64,000 nt of DNA from Escherichia coli (GTDB taxonomy: Bacteria > Pseudomonadota > Gammaproteobacteria > Enterobacterales > Enterobacteriaceae), in the NCBI GenBank assembly GCA_025336725.1, contig GCA_025336725.1_3647.1. The stretch is one strand, 5' to 3'. Below the pieces are notes generated by a model. That model was given only the letters and a program-made list of their open reading frames with translations, did no database searches and had not been told where the DNA came from. Position numbers and translations under genes: made by a program. Below are positions 28,082 through 37,591 of the stretch, piece by piece. How positions within the stretch are numbered: the stretch's first letter is position 1; each line of letters starts with the position of its first letter.

Positions 28082-29827
28082 TTAACGTTGTGCAATAACC
28101 ACATCCACAATATCACCAACACCACAATATGTCAATTGTAGCAAGGTGACACTGTTGGCTTTGTTGTTAATAACAGGAGTAGCCGACAGTATGGCATATT
28201 TATCGTGTAAAGTCACGTTGTGGCCTACAGCATCCTGAATGACATAGATGATTGCAGTGAACGGGTAAGGTTTATCTTCAGCCGATGTTCCAGGCCATTG
28301 CCCTATTGTAAAATCCCCTTTCGCGTGGACAACATACATATTGGCCTGCCCGTTAGGTGTCCATGTCCCACTAGATGCGTCAGCCTCCTCTAAGTCAAAC
28401 TCCACCTTCCCTGCATGGAAAGCAGGGGCAGTAATAGTTTTACCAGCTTCAATTTCTTGAGAGGTGGTTATCTTGCCACTGGAGTTAATGCCATTACAGA
28501 CAAAGTTGACATTAGAGAAGTCTGGCAGCCACCCAGTCACTGTACCTGATATTTCAAGGTTGTGAAGGTAGGTGGTGCCCGTCCCTGCTGCGTTTAAACT
28601 AACATCTCCATTTACCTGCAAGTTTCTGGTAACGTTGCAGTTTTCAGAGTTTGCAGTTGTTGCAGTTAGAGTGGTGGTTGTCAGCTCGGTAATTACACCT
28701 TTGTTGGCTGTAAGCCCCTCTCCTTCAAAAGTGGCACGCTCATTCACCCTCAGAGTATTTAAAGATATGTTCTGGACAGATGCTGTGCCACGAATGACTA
28801 TAGATCCACCAACCTCTAAATCTCCATTGATCAGTGCATCTCCCGTGCTTTCAATATAGCTAGGGTAGATCATGGTGCCATCTACAGAGTAGGTTATCCC
28901 TGTAACGGTGCCTGTCACCTCAAGGTTCTTAACCCTAGTGGTCCCATCAACCTGCAATGTCGGTTCGGTGGCTGCCTTCATGGCATTACCACGAATGTAC
29001 ACGTAGTCAAAAAAGTTATTACCTAGACCATCAAAATGCACATCGTTGTTATTAGCCACTGGTTTCCCAGAAGTTATAGTGTCAGCTATAACTCTGTGAG
29101 TTGATACTTCATGAGGTTGCAGCTCTGTGCTTCTCCAGTCTGCATGCTTAGGATCGCTCCACGCAAAAGTTAGTGTAGAAGTATTTGCCGTAAGGATTAG
29201 GTTCCTGAAGCGTGCAGTAGAATCTGCTCCATTAACAGGCCCGTGTAAGGTAAGGGTGCCCCCAACTATGGTGTTAGCAAGTTCTGTAAGACCTTTTACC
29301 ACCAAAGATCCTACAGTAACTTTCATCCCCTCCATGGCTTTAAATATGCTATCCACATAGTCAACAACAAACTCTGTGTTTGCTATAGACTCTGACTTAT
29401 CATCCATCGGAGGTGTAGGTACTCTCGGGTCACCTTCGAACCTTGGGCTGTTAAGTTTTGCGTAGTATTTTGCCATTACTGCAGAATCGGTGTATAATCT
29501 CCAGTTCGGAGATTGTGAAGGATCTGCTGGCATCCTAACCGGGTTAGATTTTGATGCTGCTGGGGCGTACCACCACTGAGTGCCTGTATCCCCTTTAAAC
29601 TCATACAACTGGTTAAAAACTGTTGTGGATGCACCATACGCCCAAGGGATTGGTGGCGTTTTAAAATAAAGGGTGTCAAGCATGGCTTTTCGTACCGTAG
29701 GGATGGTGGTCCCATCCTCTACGACAACTTCATCCACAGCGTTACCGTTGACAATCAAGTGCAAACGTTCAGAATCAACAATTACTTGATCTACCGCCTG
29801 CTCGAAGCTTGTCATGTCTTGCGCCAT
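28082..29827 (-). CDS. tailspike/tail fiber protein (beta-helix-like repeats)
   Basis: 581 aa; AGGAGA RBS; repetitive ..NLEVTGTVTG.., ..NLEISGTVTG.. segments. Confidence 0.5.
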   Translation of the reverse strand: MAQDMTSFEQAVDQVIVDSERLHLIVNGNAVDEVVVEDGTTIPTVRKAMLDTLYFKTPPIPWAYGASTTVFNQLYEFKGDTGTQWWYAPAASKSNPVRMPADPSQSPNWRLYTDSAVMAKYYAKLNSPRFEGDPRVPTPPMDDKSESIANTEFVVDYVDSIFKAMEGMKVTVGSLVVKGLTELANTIVGGTLTLHGPVNGADSTARFRNLILTANTSTLTFAWSDPKHADWRSTELQPHEVSTHRVIADTITSGKPVANNNDVHFDGLGNNFFDYVYIRGNAMKAATEPTLQVDGTTRVKNLEVTGTVTGITYSVDGTMIYPSYIESTGDALINGDLEVGGSIVIRGTASVQNISLNTLRVNERATFEGEGLTANKGVITELTTTTLTATTANSENCNVTRNLQVNGDVSLNAAGTGTTYLHNLEISGTVTGWLPDFSNVNFVCNGINSSGKITTSQEIEAGKTITAPAFHAGKVEFDLEEADASSGTWTPNGQANMYVVHAKGDFTIGQWPGTSAEDKPYPFTAIIYVIQDAVGHNVTLHDKYAILSATPVINNKANSVTLLQLTYCGVGDIVDVVIAQR

Positions 29828-29836
29828 GATTTCTCC

Positions 29837-30103
29837 TTAAGCTTTTTGCTCTTCGTTTTTAACGTAGTCAGGGTGCTGGCAACCCCACCGGAGCGAGATG
29901 AATTTGCTAATAAGCTGGGGGCAAGCTACCGAAGGTGCGTATATCCACGCATACCATTCAGGAAGCGTATCATTATACCCCATATGAATAAACACCCCAG
30001 TCATCACTGCCATGCCTATGTTTGACCATAGCTTAGATTGGGACACTTTCGTAGGGTCATCAGATGCCGCAACCAACCCCCATAAAAACTGAGTTAATTT
30101 CAT
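29837..30103 (-). CDS. small membrane protein (holin-like topology?)
   Basis: 88 aa; 2-3 hydrophobic segments and charged C-terminus. Confidence 0.3.
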   Translation of the reverse strand: MKLTQFLWGLVAASDDPTKVSQSKLWSNIGMAVMTGVFIHMGYNDTLPEWYAWIYAPSVACPQLISKFISLRWGCQHPDYVKNEEQKA

Positions 30104-30112
30104 TTACCCTCT

Positions 30113-30850
30113 TTAAGCATAAGATATCGTGATCCATTGACCGTTTACAAATTTTTGAATAGCACCAGTCCAATAGTCACCTTGATACGGGTGTTTATAG
30201 GCGTAATTGCCGGAGCACATTACATGCCCAGGGTATACTCTTGATTCTCTGTAGGTGGTTCTGAAACGGTTTGCTATCCTTACATCTTCAACACCCCTAC
30301 TAGGCATAGGGATAGTAAGGTTACCACTGCTATCTGCGCTACTACCATTTACCCTGCGGACCACGTTTCTCCCACCAACTGTTGCATATTGACCTCTGGC
30401 GGTTTTATCGTTACAATCTACTCTTCCCCCTATTTGAGCGCTGCCGCAGGATTGTTGTCCATTAACAGTGGCTCTAGGTATCGTTACCGCATTAGCATTT
30501 GCAGAGGAGCTTTTTGCATCATTGCATTCAAGATTCCCTTGGATAGCCAGTCTTGCACGGTTGGCAGTTATAGCATTGAGCTTCATAGCCGAAAACACAG
30601 GTTGCCCACCAGAAGGTTGAAATCTCCAACGGAAACCGTCTATTTGGTGAGAGGGATCATCAAGGTCTGTGCCGTCAGCACCACCTATGTTGTCCATAAT
30701 CCAGAAATCCATCATCGTCTTGTCTGGAGTTATGGTGGTGTATATCGCCGCATTGTCTGTTGACGCGGATGCGAACTCGATTCTTTGAAGACCTAAAGTT
30801 TGAGTCTGGATCATTGTGTCTCCAGCCTTGTCAACATAAAGGTCATCCAT
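30113..30850 (-). CDS. tail fiber 1, C-terminal part (P2 gpH / Mu S-like); frame-split from N-domain ORF
   Basis: C-terminus ..AIQKFVNGQWITISYA resembles P2 gpH end (..IQKYINGTWYNVAQV); paralogue of 32171..32956. Confidence 0.6.
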   Translation of the reverse strand: MDDLYVDKAGDTMIQTQTLGLQRIEFASASTDNAAIYTTITPDKTMMDFWIMDNIGGADGTDLDDPSHQIDGFRWRFQPSGGQPVFSAMKLNAITANRARLAIQGNLECNDAKSSSANANAVTIPRATVNGQQSCGSAQIGGRVDCNDKTARGQYATVGGRNVVRRVNGSSADSSGNLTIPMPSRGVEDVRIANRFRTTYRESRVYPGHVMCSGNYAYKHPYQGDYWTGAIQKFVNGQWITISYA

Positions 30851-31161
30851 TTCTTCAGGCGAGTATACATTGAGAACTTGACGTGCGGCAGCTTTGTCTG
30901 GAACGTCTGCTGATTATTAGTGACCCTTAAGAATCTATTATCCCATCCTGGGACAACATCTTCTGTTAAATGCTTCAACATTTGGTGAGAGAGCATGTGA
31001 AGTTCAAAGTTATCAACCTCACATGCCACTCTTTGTGTCATATCCCAACCTTTCAATCTCTCTTCTTTTTTTGGCTGAGACTTATTCAACTCTCCCGTAT
31101 TTTCAAGCACAACATCCTGATTGGCCCAAATATCAAGAGGGATAACTGGTTTAGTCATCAC
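30811..31161 (-). CDS. tail fiber 1, N-terminal domain ORF (different frame)
   Basis: AGGAG RBS + ATG; MMTKPVIPLDIWANQDVVL..KGWD.. homologous to N-domain ORF 33019..33213; last ~45 codons look out of frame. Confidence 0.5.
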   Translation of the reverse strand: MMTKPVIPLDIWANQDVVLENTGELNKSQPKKEERLKGWDMTQRVACEVDNFELHMLSHQMLKHLTEDVVPGWDNRFLRVTNNQQTFQTKLPHVKFSMYTRLKKWMTFMLTRLETQ

Positions 31162-31209
31162 GTTCTCCTGAGAAAATTCCTTAGACTATTTTAACACTTT
31201 AGAGAACAA

Positions 31210-31240
31210 ATGCAAGAACGGAGTCCTTTCCGTTCTGACC
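31210..31240 (-). terminator. terminator-like hairpin
   Basis: Minus strand GAACGG-AAAGGACT-CCGTTC followed by T-rich tract, upstream of fiber-1 RBS. Confidence 0.3.
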
Positions 31241-31368
31241 TTTGTTTACCTTTTACTATGCTCTACGAGCATGTGCAAAATCTTTTGTATAGTCGGCTCG
31301 ATGTTTCGAGACATCTGTCCTGACATCCTGCTTAAGGTCGTTAATATCGGCCTCTAGCTTGCTTAACT

Positions 31369-31560
31369 CTAAGTCTCGATAACGGAATCGTTATCTTTTT
31401 GTAACCATGCTATTTTCGACACTAAAATGAGGTCTTTCTCCAGCTCATCTAGCCTCTTGGAAATTCCTTTCATTTGCACACTGGTTGAAAGCCCATACAC
31501 AGATCGGGACAACAGTAGCTTCCATGCAGATACCGTATAAAGCCGCCAAATCCAACCCAC
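31369..31560 (-). CDS. small hypothetical protein; coiled-coil continuation in -1 frame to 31256
   Basis: GTG start 5 nt after strong GAGGAGG RBS; -1 frame continues ..LSKLEADINDLKQDVRTDVSKHRADYTKDF.. with no start codon. Confidence 0.4.
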   Translation of the reverse strand: MGWIWRLYTVSAWKLLLSRSVYGLSTSVQMKGISKRLDELEKDLILVSKIAWLQKDNDSVIET

Positions 31561-31571
31561 AACACCTCCTC

Positions 31572-32156
31572 TTAGAGGGTAGGTCGTCTCCCGAAGAAAA
31601 TGTCAGGGGCTTTAGATGTATCTATTTCAAGCAGTTTTACCCTGTATATTTTCAAATCTCTGATGTTGCGTTTTTGGTCATCAGTAAGATCGTATTCAAG
31701 GTCAATCATGTCTTGATAGGCACCAATTCTAGCAGTAGCCCAAGCAAGTTCTGTCTCTATGACACCCTCTGCCTGTTGAACAAAGAATTCATTGTCTGTG
31801 ACAAATTCATCACCAACTAAACGCAAAGCGTCGTGGTGGAGCATAATGTTTTCTGGTACCTCTTCTTTTTTGGCGATAACCACACGAAGACCTGGAGCAG
31901 GCCACAAGGCATCAGGTTCTTCTGTAGATGTCTTAAGAATACCCTTCTCGTCAACAAGTAGGAAGATACAGCCCGGATTTTCTTGTCGTAGTGTTCGTGA
32001 TTGCACATACCAATCGCCATCATCATTACGTAAAAAATATCCGGTGTATGCCGTGTAATCCTCAACCTCCTGAGGAGTCAGCTCCTTGGTCTCCTTGTTG
32101 GTGTAGTATTCGCCAGATCCCGGTTGGTAAAGTTTAAACTCTTGAAGTATTTTCAT
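31572..32156 (-). CDS. tail fiber assembly protein (Tfa / gpG / Mu U family)
   Basis: 194 aa; C-terminus ..IRDLKIYRVKLLEIDTSKAPDIFF.. resembles lambda Tfa (..[22 protein letters not shown]..). Confidence 0.75.
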   Translation of the reverse strand: MKILQEFKLYQPGSGEYYTNKETKELTPQEVEDYTAYTGYFLRNDDGDWYVQSRTLRQENPGCIFLLVDEKGILKTSTEEPDALWPAPGLRVVIAKKEEVPENIMLHHDALRLVGDEFVTDNEFFVQQAEGVIETELAWATARIGAYQDMIDLEYDLTDDQKRNIRDLKIYRVKLLEIDTSKAPDIFFGRRPTL

Positions 32157-32170
32157 GCTAGTCCTCCGAT

Positions 32171-32956
32171 CTATGCATAATTAACAGTGATCCATTGACC
32201 ATTTACAAGTTTTTGTAAAGGTCCTGCCCAGTAGGTTGAACCACGCATCTCTTTTTTGTCACCGAAATGCCAGCCTGTGACAACGTAGCCGTTGCGGATT
32301 GGAGATTCAGAAACGCCGTCCACAAGTCTTGCACCGATTCTGATGTCTTGCACACCTGTCTGCGGGATAGTGATCGTTACATCACCGTTACCGTTAGCCG
32401 TCACTCCGTTCACAGAGCGAACCACATTTCTGTTACCTACAACACAGTGCTGGCTTCTTACAACCATACTGTCACAACTTGCACCACCATTAACATATAC
32501 TGACCCAGCCGTCAACTGACTGGCAACATTACAGTTGGTGAATGTTGCTGTATTGCTGATAGTAAGGTTATTGCACCTCATGTTATCGACAACTTCAACA
32601 TTGCCTACCACTTTCAACAGCGCACGGTTAGCCGTGATCGCGTTAAGGTACATCAAAGTGAACTCTGGATTAATATCCGGCTGAGTTGGCTGGAATCTCC
32701 AACGAAACGCATCTACTGTAGATGTGCCACCATCATCAAACGCCCCAGTGTTATCACTTAACCCAAAGTCGAGAGTTGTCTTATCTGGACCGATAGTTGT
32801 CTCTATCCAAGCCTTATCTGTCTCGGCAGCTTTAAAGTTGATACGCTGCAAACCTAAGGGGCCTGTCATTGTATCGCCTGTAACTTTTACATACCTGGCG
32901 TCTGCCTCTTCCTTAGTAATAATCCCAAGGTTTCTACGGGCAACAGGAATGTTCAA
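32171..32956 (-). CDS. tail fiber 2, C-terminal part (P2 gpH / Mu S-like); frame-split from N-domain ORF
   Basis: C-terminus ..PLQKLVNGQWITVNYA; ORF-track start is TTG preceded by TGA TAA TAA; followed by Tfa gene. Confidence 0.6.
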   Translation of the reverse strand: MNIPVARRNLGIITKEEADARYVKVTGDTMTGPLGLQRINFKAAETDKAWIETTIGPDKTTLDFGLSDNTGAFDDGGTSTVDAFRWRFQPTQPDINPEFTLMYLNAITANRALLKVVGNVEVVDNMRCNNLTISNTATFTNCNVASQLTAGSVYVNGGASCDSMVVRSQHCVVGNRNVVRSVNGVTANGNGDVTITIPQTGVQDIRIGARLVDGVSESPIRNGYVVTGWHFGDKKEMRGSTYWAGPLQKLVNGQWITVNYA

Positions 32957-33018
32957 AAATCGCTCAGGTTATTATCACGTATTGTGATAACGGCCCTCTG
33001 TAAGGTGGGATCTGCTCG

Positions 33019-33213
33019 TCAGCAATATATTTTGCCCAAGTCCCGGAGCATATTGAAAATATAGTTAAGTTCTTCACATGACGGCTTTTGACCAAGATCC
33101 CAACCTTTTCTCCACAAATCATCAATCGGGCGTAGCCTGTTCTGTCTGTGGGTGTTAGGCAGAACCTGATCCTCCTCTGCCCAAATCTCTAATGGAAAAC
33201 TAGGTTTTGACAT
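33019..33213 (-). CDS. tail fiber 2, N-terminal domain ORF
   Basis: 64 aa; MSKPSFPLEIWAEEDQVL..KGWD.. homologous to 30811..31161. Confidence 0.5.
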   Translation of the reverse strand: MSKPSFPLEIWAEEDQVLPNTHRQNRLRPIDDLWRKGWDLGQKPSCEELNYIFNMLRDLGKIYC

Positions 33214-33225
33214 TTTATCTCCTGA

Positions 33226-35298
33226 TTATGAGAAGTCTGGCGGGACAACATCTTCTACATACCCTTTCAGAGCAACCTGCCCCATATGAAGCACGGTAGA
33301 ATCTCTGGCGGTAACAGTGATGCTGTCAGACATTACTTGCGGGTATGCCCACACATACTGTTTTACCTCAGGGTATCTATACTCTATGGTTGCCATGTTC
33401 CCGCAGATACATCTCCATAAAAATTCTTGGTAATTCCTGGTTGGGTCGTAGCCATATACCGGAGCAAGCTCTTTGCTAGGAACGAACCCTGCAAGGTATT
33501 GTATTTCAGACGGTTGCCAACCTAACTTAACGATAGGTATGTTTACAGACTCTTTTGCCTTTTCAATACCACCCTGCATCACCCAATCGTAGCACTCAGT
33601 GCAGAAGAAATCAAGAGCACCTGCTTCCTTTTTATATTGGTCAGCAAGGTTCAGCTTTTGCGTAAGCTCGGTTTCCATAATGGTCGGAAAAAACAGCAAA
33701 GCTGTCATCTGAGCCGATGCAGCGTGTGCTTTTATTGCCTTTGAAATAGCTGCAATACGAGCGCCAAGCTTACCACGACAAAATGCTACATACTTGTCAT
33801 AAACACCACCAGTTTTAGGATCGTCAATAGTCCCAATATCTAATGCATACTCGCCTGTCTCATCATAAAACGCCTGTTTTGTAGGGTAATCATAAATACA
33901 AGGTCTACGAGTATCGGTATTGTACCACCACCATGGTTCACCAACCTGCATAATCACTGGCAGGTTGTTTCTCATAGCGGCTGATGCAAAATTCTTAAAT
34001 ACTGCAGTAAGGAAATTCATACCCTCTTCAATGGTTGGAGACAGGAGGTAGCTACAAGGTGTATACCCTGTTTTAGCGTAGTTATCGTTCCAGTCTCTTT
34101 GGGTCCATTCCAACGGACAGGCATCGCTGAAAAGCTCAAAACTTACAGATTGCATAACGTCGAAGTTATGTCGTTTGGCATTGTACATAAAATCATCATG
34201 CCATTTATAAGCTGCAGCGTTTAGAGCTCCTGTTTTGTTTATAGACCATTGGGTTCCTGACCATGTGTAGTCATAATAATGGCTCATACCAACATAATGG
34301 TTTATGGTTCCTGTATAGCCCAGACGCTTGATATTGCTCAACACCCTTAAAGGGGATACGTTCCACATATCGTCATATGCGGTGCAGATCCCAACGTCAT
34401 GCTCTTTCACTTGAATATTGTTAAGTTGCATCATTTTCCAACCTGTGTCTGGCTGAAGCAGATCTAGGCGCAACTCACACTCTACATTTTCCGTTCTTGG
34501 GTCTGTGCTATTGCTTACCCAATCTTTAGGCATAAGCGGTATTAAAATCCTTCTCACCTGTCGAGGATCAACACCCATCATGTTGTTGTTCTGGTCCATC
34601 CCGACGCAGTCCTCGAAATCAATATGAATTTCTGCAACATTCTTATCCTCTGAGATGCTGACAGCATATTGAGCTAAAGGAACATAGATGATTGTGCCAT
34701 CAACAAGGTCTACAGTCATAATCATCTTTTCAGGGGTGGAGAAGTTGCTGGCATTAGTTATTGACATTCTGAACCAAAGCTTGGTGTTTCTCATCTCATA
34801 GTGATCATCAAATCCAATGCCGAAATGGTCATACTTGTCAACTGTTTCCCAAATGCACCCAGCCATGCCTCCATATGTTCTTGACACTAAACGGTTAATA
34901 CAGCAGTTATTATCCGCAACAATACAGGTGCTTTCAGTCTGCTGTGTGTTTGTAACCCAATATCTTGGGTGAAACATTCTCTCCTCAACGGTATCCCAAG
35001 ATATTCTGTCAAGATTCTCATCTGAAACTATTGTACATTTTGCTCTTTGTGTTCCAATCATAACCCCTTGGGAGTTTGATGAAAACTCCATAAAGAAGCT
35101 TCTTGGCAACCTGTTTGGCAATTTGTCAACAATTTCTACAGGAATCTCAATACTGGTTGCCCCAACCGGGATAGTTACATCGCCCTCAACATGATCATAA
35201 TCCCTACCTGGAACGGCAGTATCTTGAACTGTGCGATAATGAAACCGTGCAGCCATTGTAGAGTAATCACGGTAAGGTTTAAAAACAGCTATTGCCAT
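33226..35298 (-). CDS. tail protein with Calx-beta-like N-terminal domain (receptor-binding / enzymatic candidate)
   Basis: 690 aa; Calx-beta-like ..QDTAVPGRDYDHVEGDVTIPVGATSIEIPVEIVDKLPN..EF.. Confidence 0.4.
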   Translation of the reverse strand: MAIAVFKPYRDYSTMAARFHYRTVQDTAVPGRDYDHVEGDVTIPVGATSIEIPVEIVDKLPNRLPRSFFMEFSSNSQGVMIGTQRAKCTIVSDENLDRISWDTVEERMFHPRYWVTNTQQTESTCIVADNNCCINRLVSRTYGGMAGCIWETVDKYDHFGIGFDDHYEMRNTKLWFRMSITNASNFSTPEKMIMTVDLVDGTIIYVPLAQYAVSISEDKNVAEIHIDFEDCVGMDQNNNMMGVDPRQVRRILIPLMPKDWVSNSTDPRTENVECELRLDLLQPDTGWKMMQLNNIQVKEHDVGICTAYDDMWNVSPLRVLSNIKRLGYTGTINHYVGMSHYYDYTWSGTQWSINKTGALNAAAYKWHDDFMYNAKRHNFDVMQSVSFELFSDACPLEWTQRDWNDNYAKTGYTPCSYLLSPTIEEGMNFLTAVFKNFASAAMRNNLPVIMQVGEPWWWYNTDTRRPCIYDYPTKQAFYDETGEYALDIGTIDDPKTGGVYDKYVAFCRGKLGARIAAISKAIKAHAASAQMTALLFFPTIMETELTQKLNLADQYKKEAGALDFFCTECYDWVMQGGIEKAKESVNIPIVKLGWQPSEIQYLAGFVPSKELAPVYGYDPTRNYQEFLWRCICGNMATIEYRYPEVKQYVWAYPQVMSDSITVTARDSTVLHMGQVALKGYVEDVVPPDFS

Positions 35299-35984
35299 TA
35301 ACCCTCCTGTCTAGTTGCGTTTACTGTAATACTTTCACAATAAATAGTTGTGGTGTCCCAATCAGGTCTTACGTCAGGAACATACAGCAAAGTAGCCAGC
35401 CCACCAACTCCGAACTGGTTTTCTTCCCATACTGATCCGAAGCCAAGAGCTGTGGAGTCTCCTTCAAAACCAAAAGCTTGCCCTTGCGATTCTGTAAGAC
35501 GCAAATGACAAGGCAATGGCAGCATATCTAAGATCTGATCGATGGACTGCAATATGTCAAAGCAGGTTTTTCTAATGTTTATGTCAAATCTAAAGTTGTC
35601 ACCTTTCCACGTATCGAAATTATCTCTTCCGAACAATTGTCGCAAGGTTGAGATGACATCTTCACGAGTCCCGCCCCTCGATGCTGCTGCCTGCTGAATA
35701 ATTAGGGTAGCACGAAAATCAGCATCTGAAAGCCCATTCCGAAGAATACCGAGTTGATTACCAACTTCGTCAAGGTATCTTCCGCTGGCATTGTTAAGCA
35801 ATCTTCCTTCAGCTAAGCCTACCAGCATCTTATCAACATTCTCCAACCTTTTAAGGTACACGGTTAAGAATGTGACTAAATTAACCTTCTCAGCCAGAAA
35901 ATCTCCAGGTAGGTAGTCAAGACCTCCCTGAACAAAATCTGGCAGAGTGTGGATGTGGTTGACATCCGACTTAATCTCTGCCAT
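35298..35984 (-). CDS. baseplate protein (P2 gpI-like, tentative)
   Basis: 228 aa immediately downstream of baseplate J-like gene; called by position. Confidence 0.4.
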   Translation of the reverse strand: MAEIKSDVNHIHTLPDFVQGGLDYLPGDFLAEKVNLVTFLTVYLKRLENVDKMLVGLAEGRLLNNASGRYLDEVGNQLGILRNGLSDADFRATLIIQQAAASRGGTREDVISTLRQLFGRDNFDTWKGDNFRFDINIRKTCFDILQSIDQILDMLPLPCHLRLTESQGQAFGFEGDSTALGFGSVWEENQFGVGGLATLLYVPDVRPDWDTTTIYCESITVNATRQEG

Positions 35985-35995
35985 ATCTCGCCGCC

Positions 35996-37516
35996 TTAAA
36001 TAGTTTGTTGGAAAGTTATATTACTTTCGTCGAGGTCAAACACTTCGGTCATGTTTGCAACAACATCGTTTGTAGTGTAAGCTTCGTCAGAGGCTCCCAC
36101 AGGTTTAACTTGAATTACAAGTCTGTTAAATCTGCCTATTGACACAGCAGCCGATGCAGCGCCAACTAATTGGATATTATACAACGTGTCTGCAACATCC
36201 AAGCCGTTAACAACCTGCAAAAGAGCCTCTGTAATGGCATCTTTTTCGGTAGTGGAAAGTGCAGCACCCGAGTAAGTAATTCTCATATCCAAGCGGTAAG
36301 TGTTTGCCTTAGAATAATAAATCCTTTCAGTCTGACCGTCTGATGTGGTAATATCGTAGAAGATATTCCCATAAGTTCTGTTTGTGCAAGCTATGGTTTG
36401 ATACAGCGCTTGACAAATATCCTCTGTTGCACCACCAAACACTACCACTTGAAATTTGTAAGGTGGTATACCTTTCGCATCCGTTTTATCGGTGTTGTTA
36501 GAGAACACTCTTACTTTCTCAACACCTTTCACTTCGCTTACAGCGCTAAGGATTGCAGGGCGGGTAGCTTTAGATGTCAACTGTTTAGTGCTGGAGGCTC
36601 TTAGGCGGTACTCTGAGTCTTTCTCAACATCTCTGCCCTCATTGAATCTTTCTCGGTTGGTAAGCTTGATAAATCCGCTGGGGGTAGGTGACATTGTTGT
36701 TACAGTTTCTGCCTCTCTTGACAGCTCGCCTGCCTCATTAGCAATAACATCCAAAGTGATAGTTCTTTCCCCTACAATCGGGGATACTCTGAAATCTACT
36801 CTACTATTAAGTCCAACTTGATCAAGATTTGAATTGTACCCTATCCACAACGTTCCTGTCAACATATCGATCTGAATCAAATCGTCGTTCAACAGGGTTG
36901 TATTATCGACAATGAATTGCTTAATCTCTCCGTAAAAGCTTGGCAAATCAGAAGAGTCCAGAGACTTATCTGTTAAAACCAGACTTTTTGTTTTGATACT
37001 TCCATCTGTCTGGTTGGTAATTTGAAAGTTGTATTTCCCAATTCTTAGATCTGGAGCATTTATTCTGTGAGCAATAAGATTCCCTGCTACTTGCACATCA
37101 TTGCTAAGAACAAAGTTGCCACTATCCAGCGTATAAGTTTTGGAATCGTAAATCATATTGTACGGCACAGTTGTGTTGATCGTCAACTGGCAGGTACCTG
37201 ATGATTTAGAACGGCCTCTTCGGTAAATACCCTGTCTTCCAAGAAGTTCGTCTAGGTAAATACCTTCTGCCCCATACAGCGTCTGTGATGCGTATACAGA
37301 TGCTGCCATAAGAATAAGTTGATACTCTCGCTCGTTGAAGATAGTGGTCAGCTTATCCGCAACGGAGTTACTCTGTACGTTGAAGTTTTCGCCAAAAGCA
37401 CGGATCAGGCTTTGCTTAGTTTCAACGATTAGGTCATTTAGGGTTGGTATAACGAAACCAGCCTCTGTCAATCCATACTTAGCCACGTCACTCCTCCGGT
37501 ATGAAAATCTATACAA
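35996..37516 (-). CDS. baseplate wedge protein (Baseplate_J / P2 gpJ / Mu gp47-like)
   Basis: 506 aa; N-terminal ..LIRAFGENFNVQSNSVADKLTTIFNEREYQL..ASQTLYGAEGIYLDELL.. typical of baseplate J family. Confidence 0.55.
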   Translation of the reverse strand: MYRFSYRRSDVAKYGLTEAGFVIPTLNDLIVETKQSLIRAFGENFNVQSNSVADKLTTIFNEREYQLILMAASVYASQTLYGAEGIYLDELLGRQGIYRRGRSKSSGTCQLTINTTVPYNMIYDSKTYTLDSGNFVLSNDVQVAGNLIAHRINAPDLRIGKYNFQITNQTDGSIKTKSLVLTDKSLDSSDLPSFYGEIKQFIVDNTTLLNDDLIQIDMLTGTLWIGYNSNLDQVGLNSRVDFRVSPIVGERTITLDVIANEAGELSREAETVTTMSPTPSGFIKLTNRERFNEGRDVEKDSEYRLRASSTKQLTSKATRPAILSAVSEVKGVEKVRVFSNNTDKTDAKGIPPYKFQVVVFGGATEDICQALYQTIACTNRTYGNIFYDITTSDGQTERIYYSKANTYRLDMRITYSGAALSTTEKDAITEALLQVVNGLDVADTLYNIQLVGAASAAVSIGRFNRLVIQVKPVGASDEAYTTNDVVANMTEVFDLDESNITFQQTI

Positions 37517-37551
37517 GGTATTTTACCAAATTTTGTAACAATAGTCAATCT

Positions 37552-37584
37552 GAGCATAAAAATAAACCCCGCCGAAGCGGGGCT
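37552..37584 (-). terminator. rho-independent terminator
   Basis: Minus strand GCCCCGC-TTCG-GCGGGG hairpin followed by TTTATTTTTAT. Confidence 0.6.
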
Positions 37585-37591
37585 TTAAAGG

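Noticed and set aside
31378-31400. Plus-strand terminator-like hairpin GATAACG-GAAT-CGTTATC + TTTTT
   Set aside because: AT-rich stem lying inside the minus-strand coding sequence of ORF 31369..31560, with no plus-strand gene to terminate.
30113-33213. Invertible-segment (Mu G / P1 C-like) or DGR-based fiber switching
   Set aside because: The two fiber cassettes are in the same orientation with no invertase gene or flanking inverted repeats seen, and no reverse transcriptase or template/variable repeat pair is evident.
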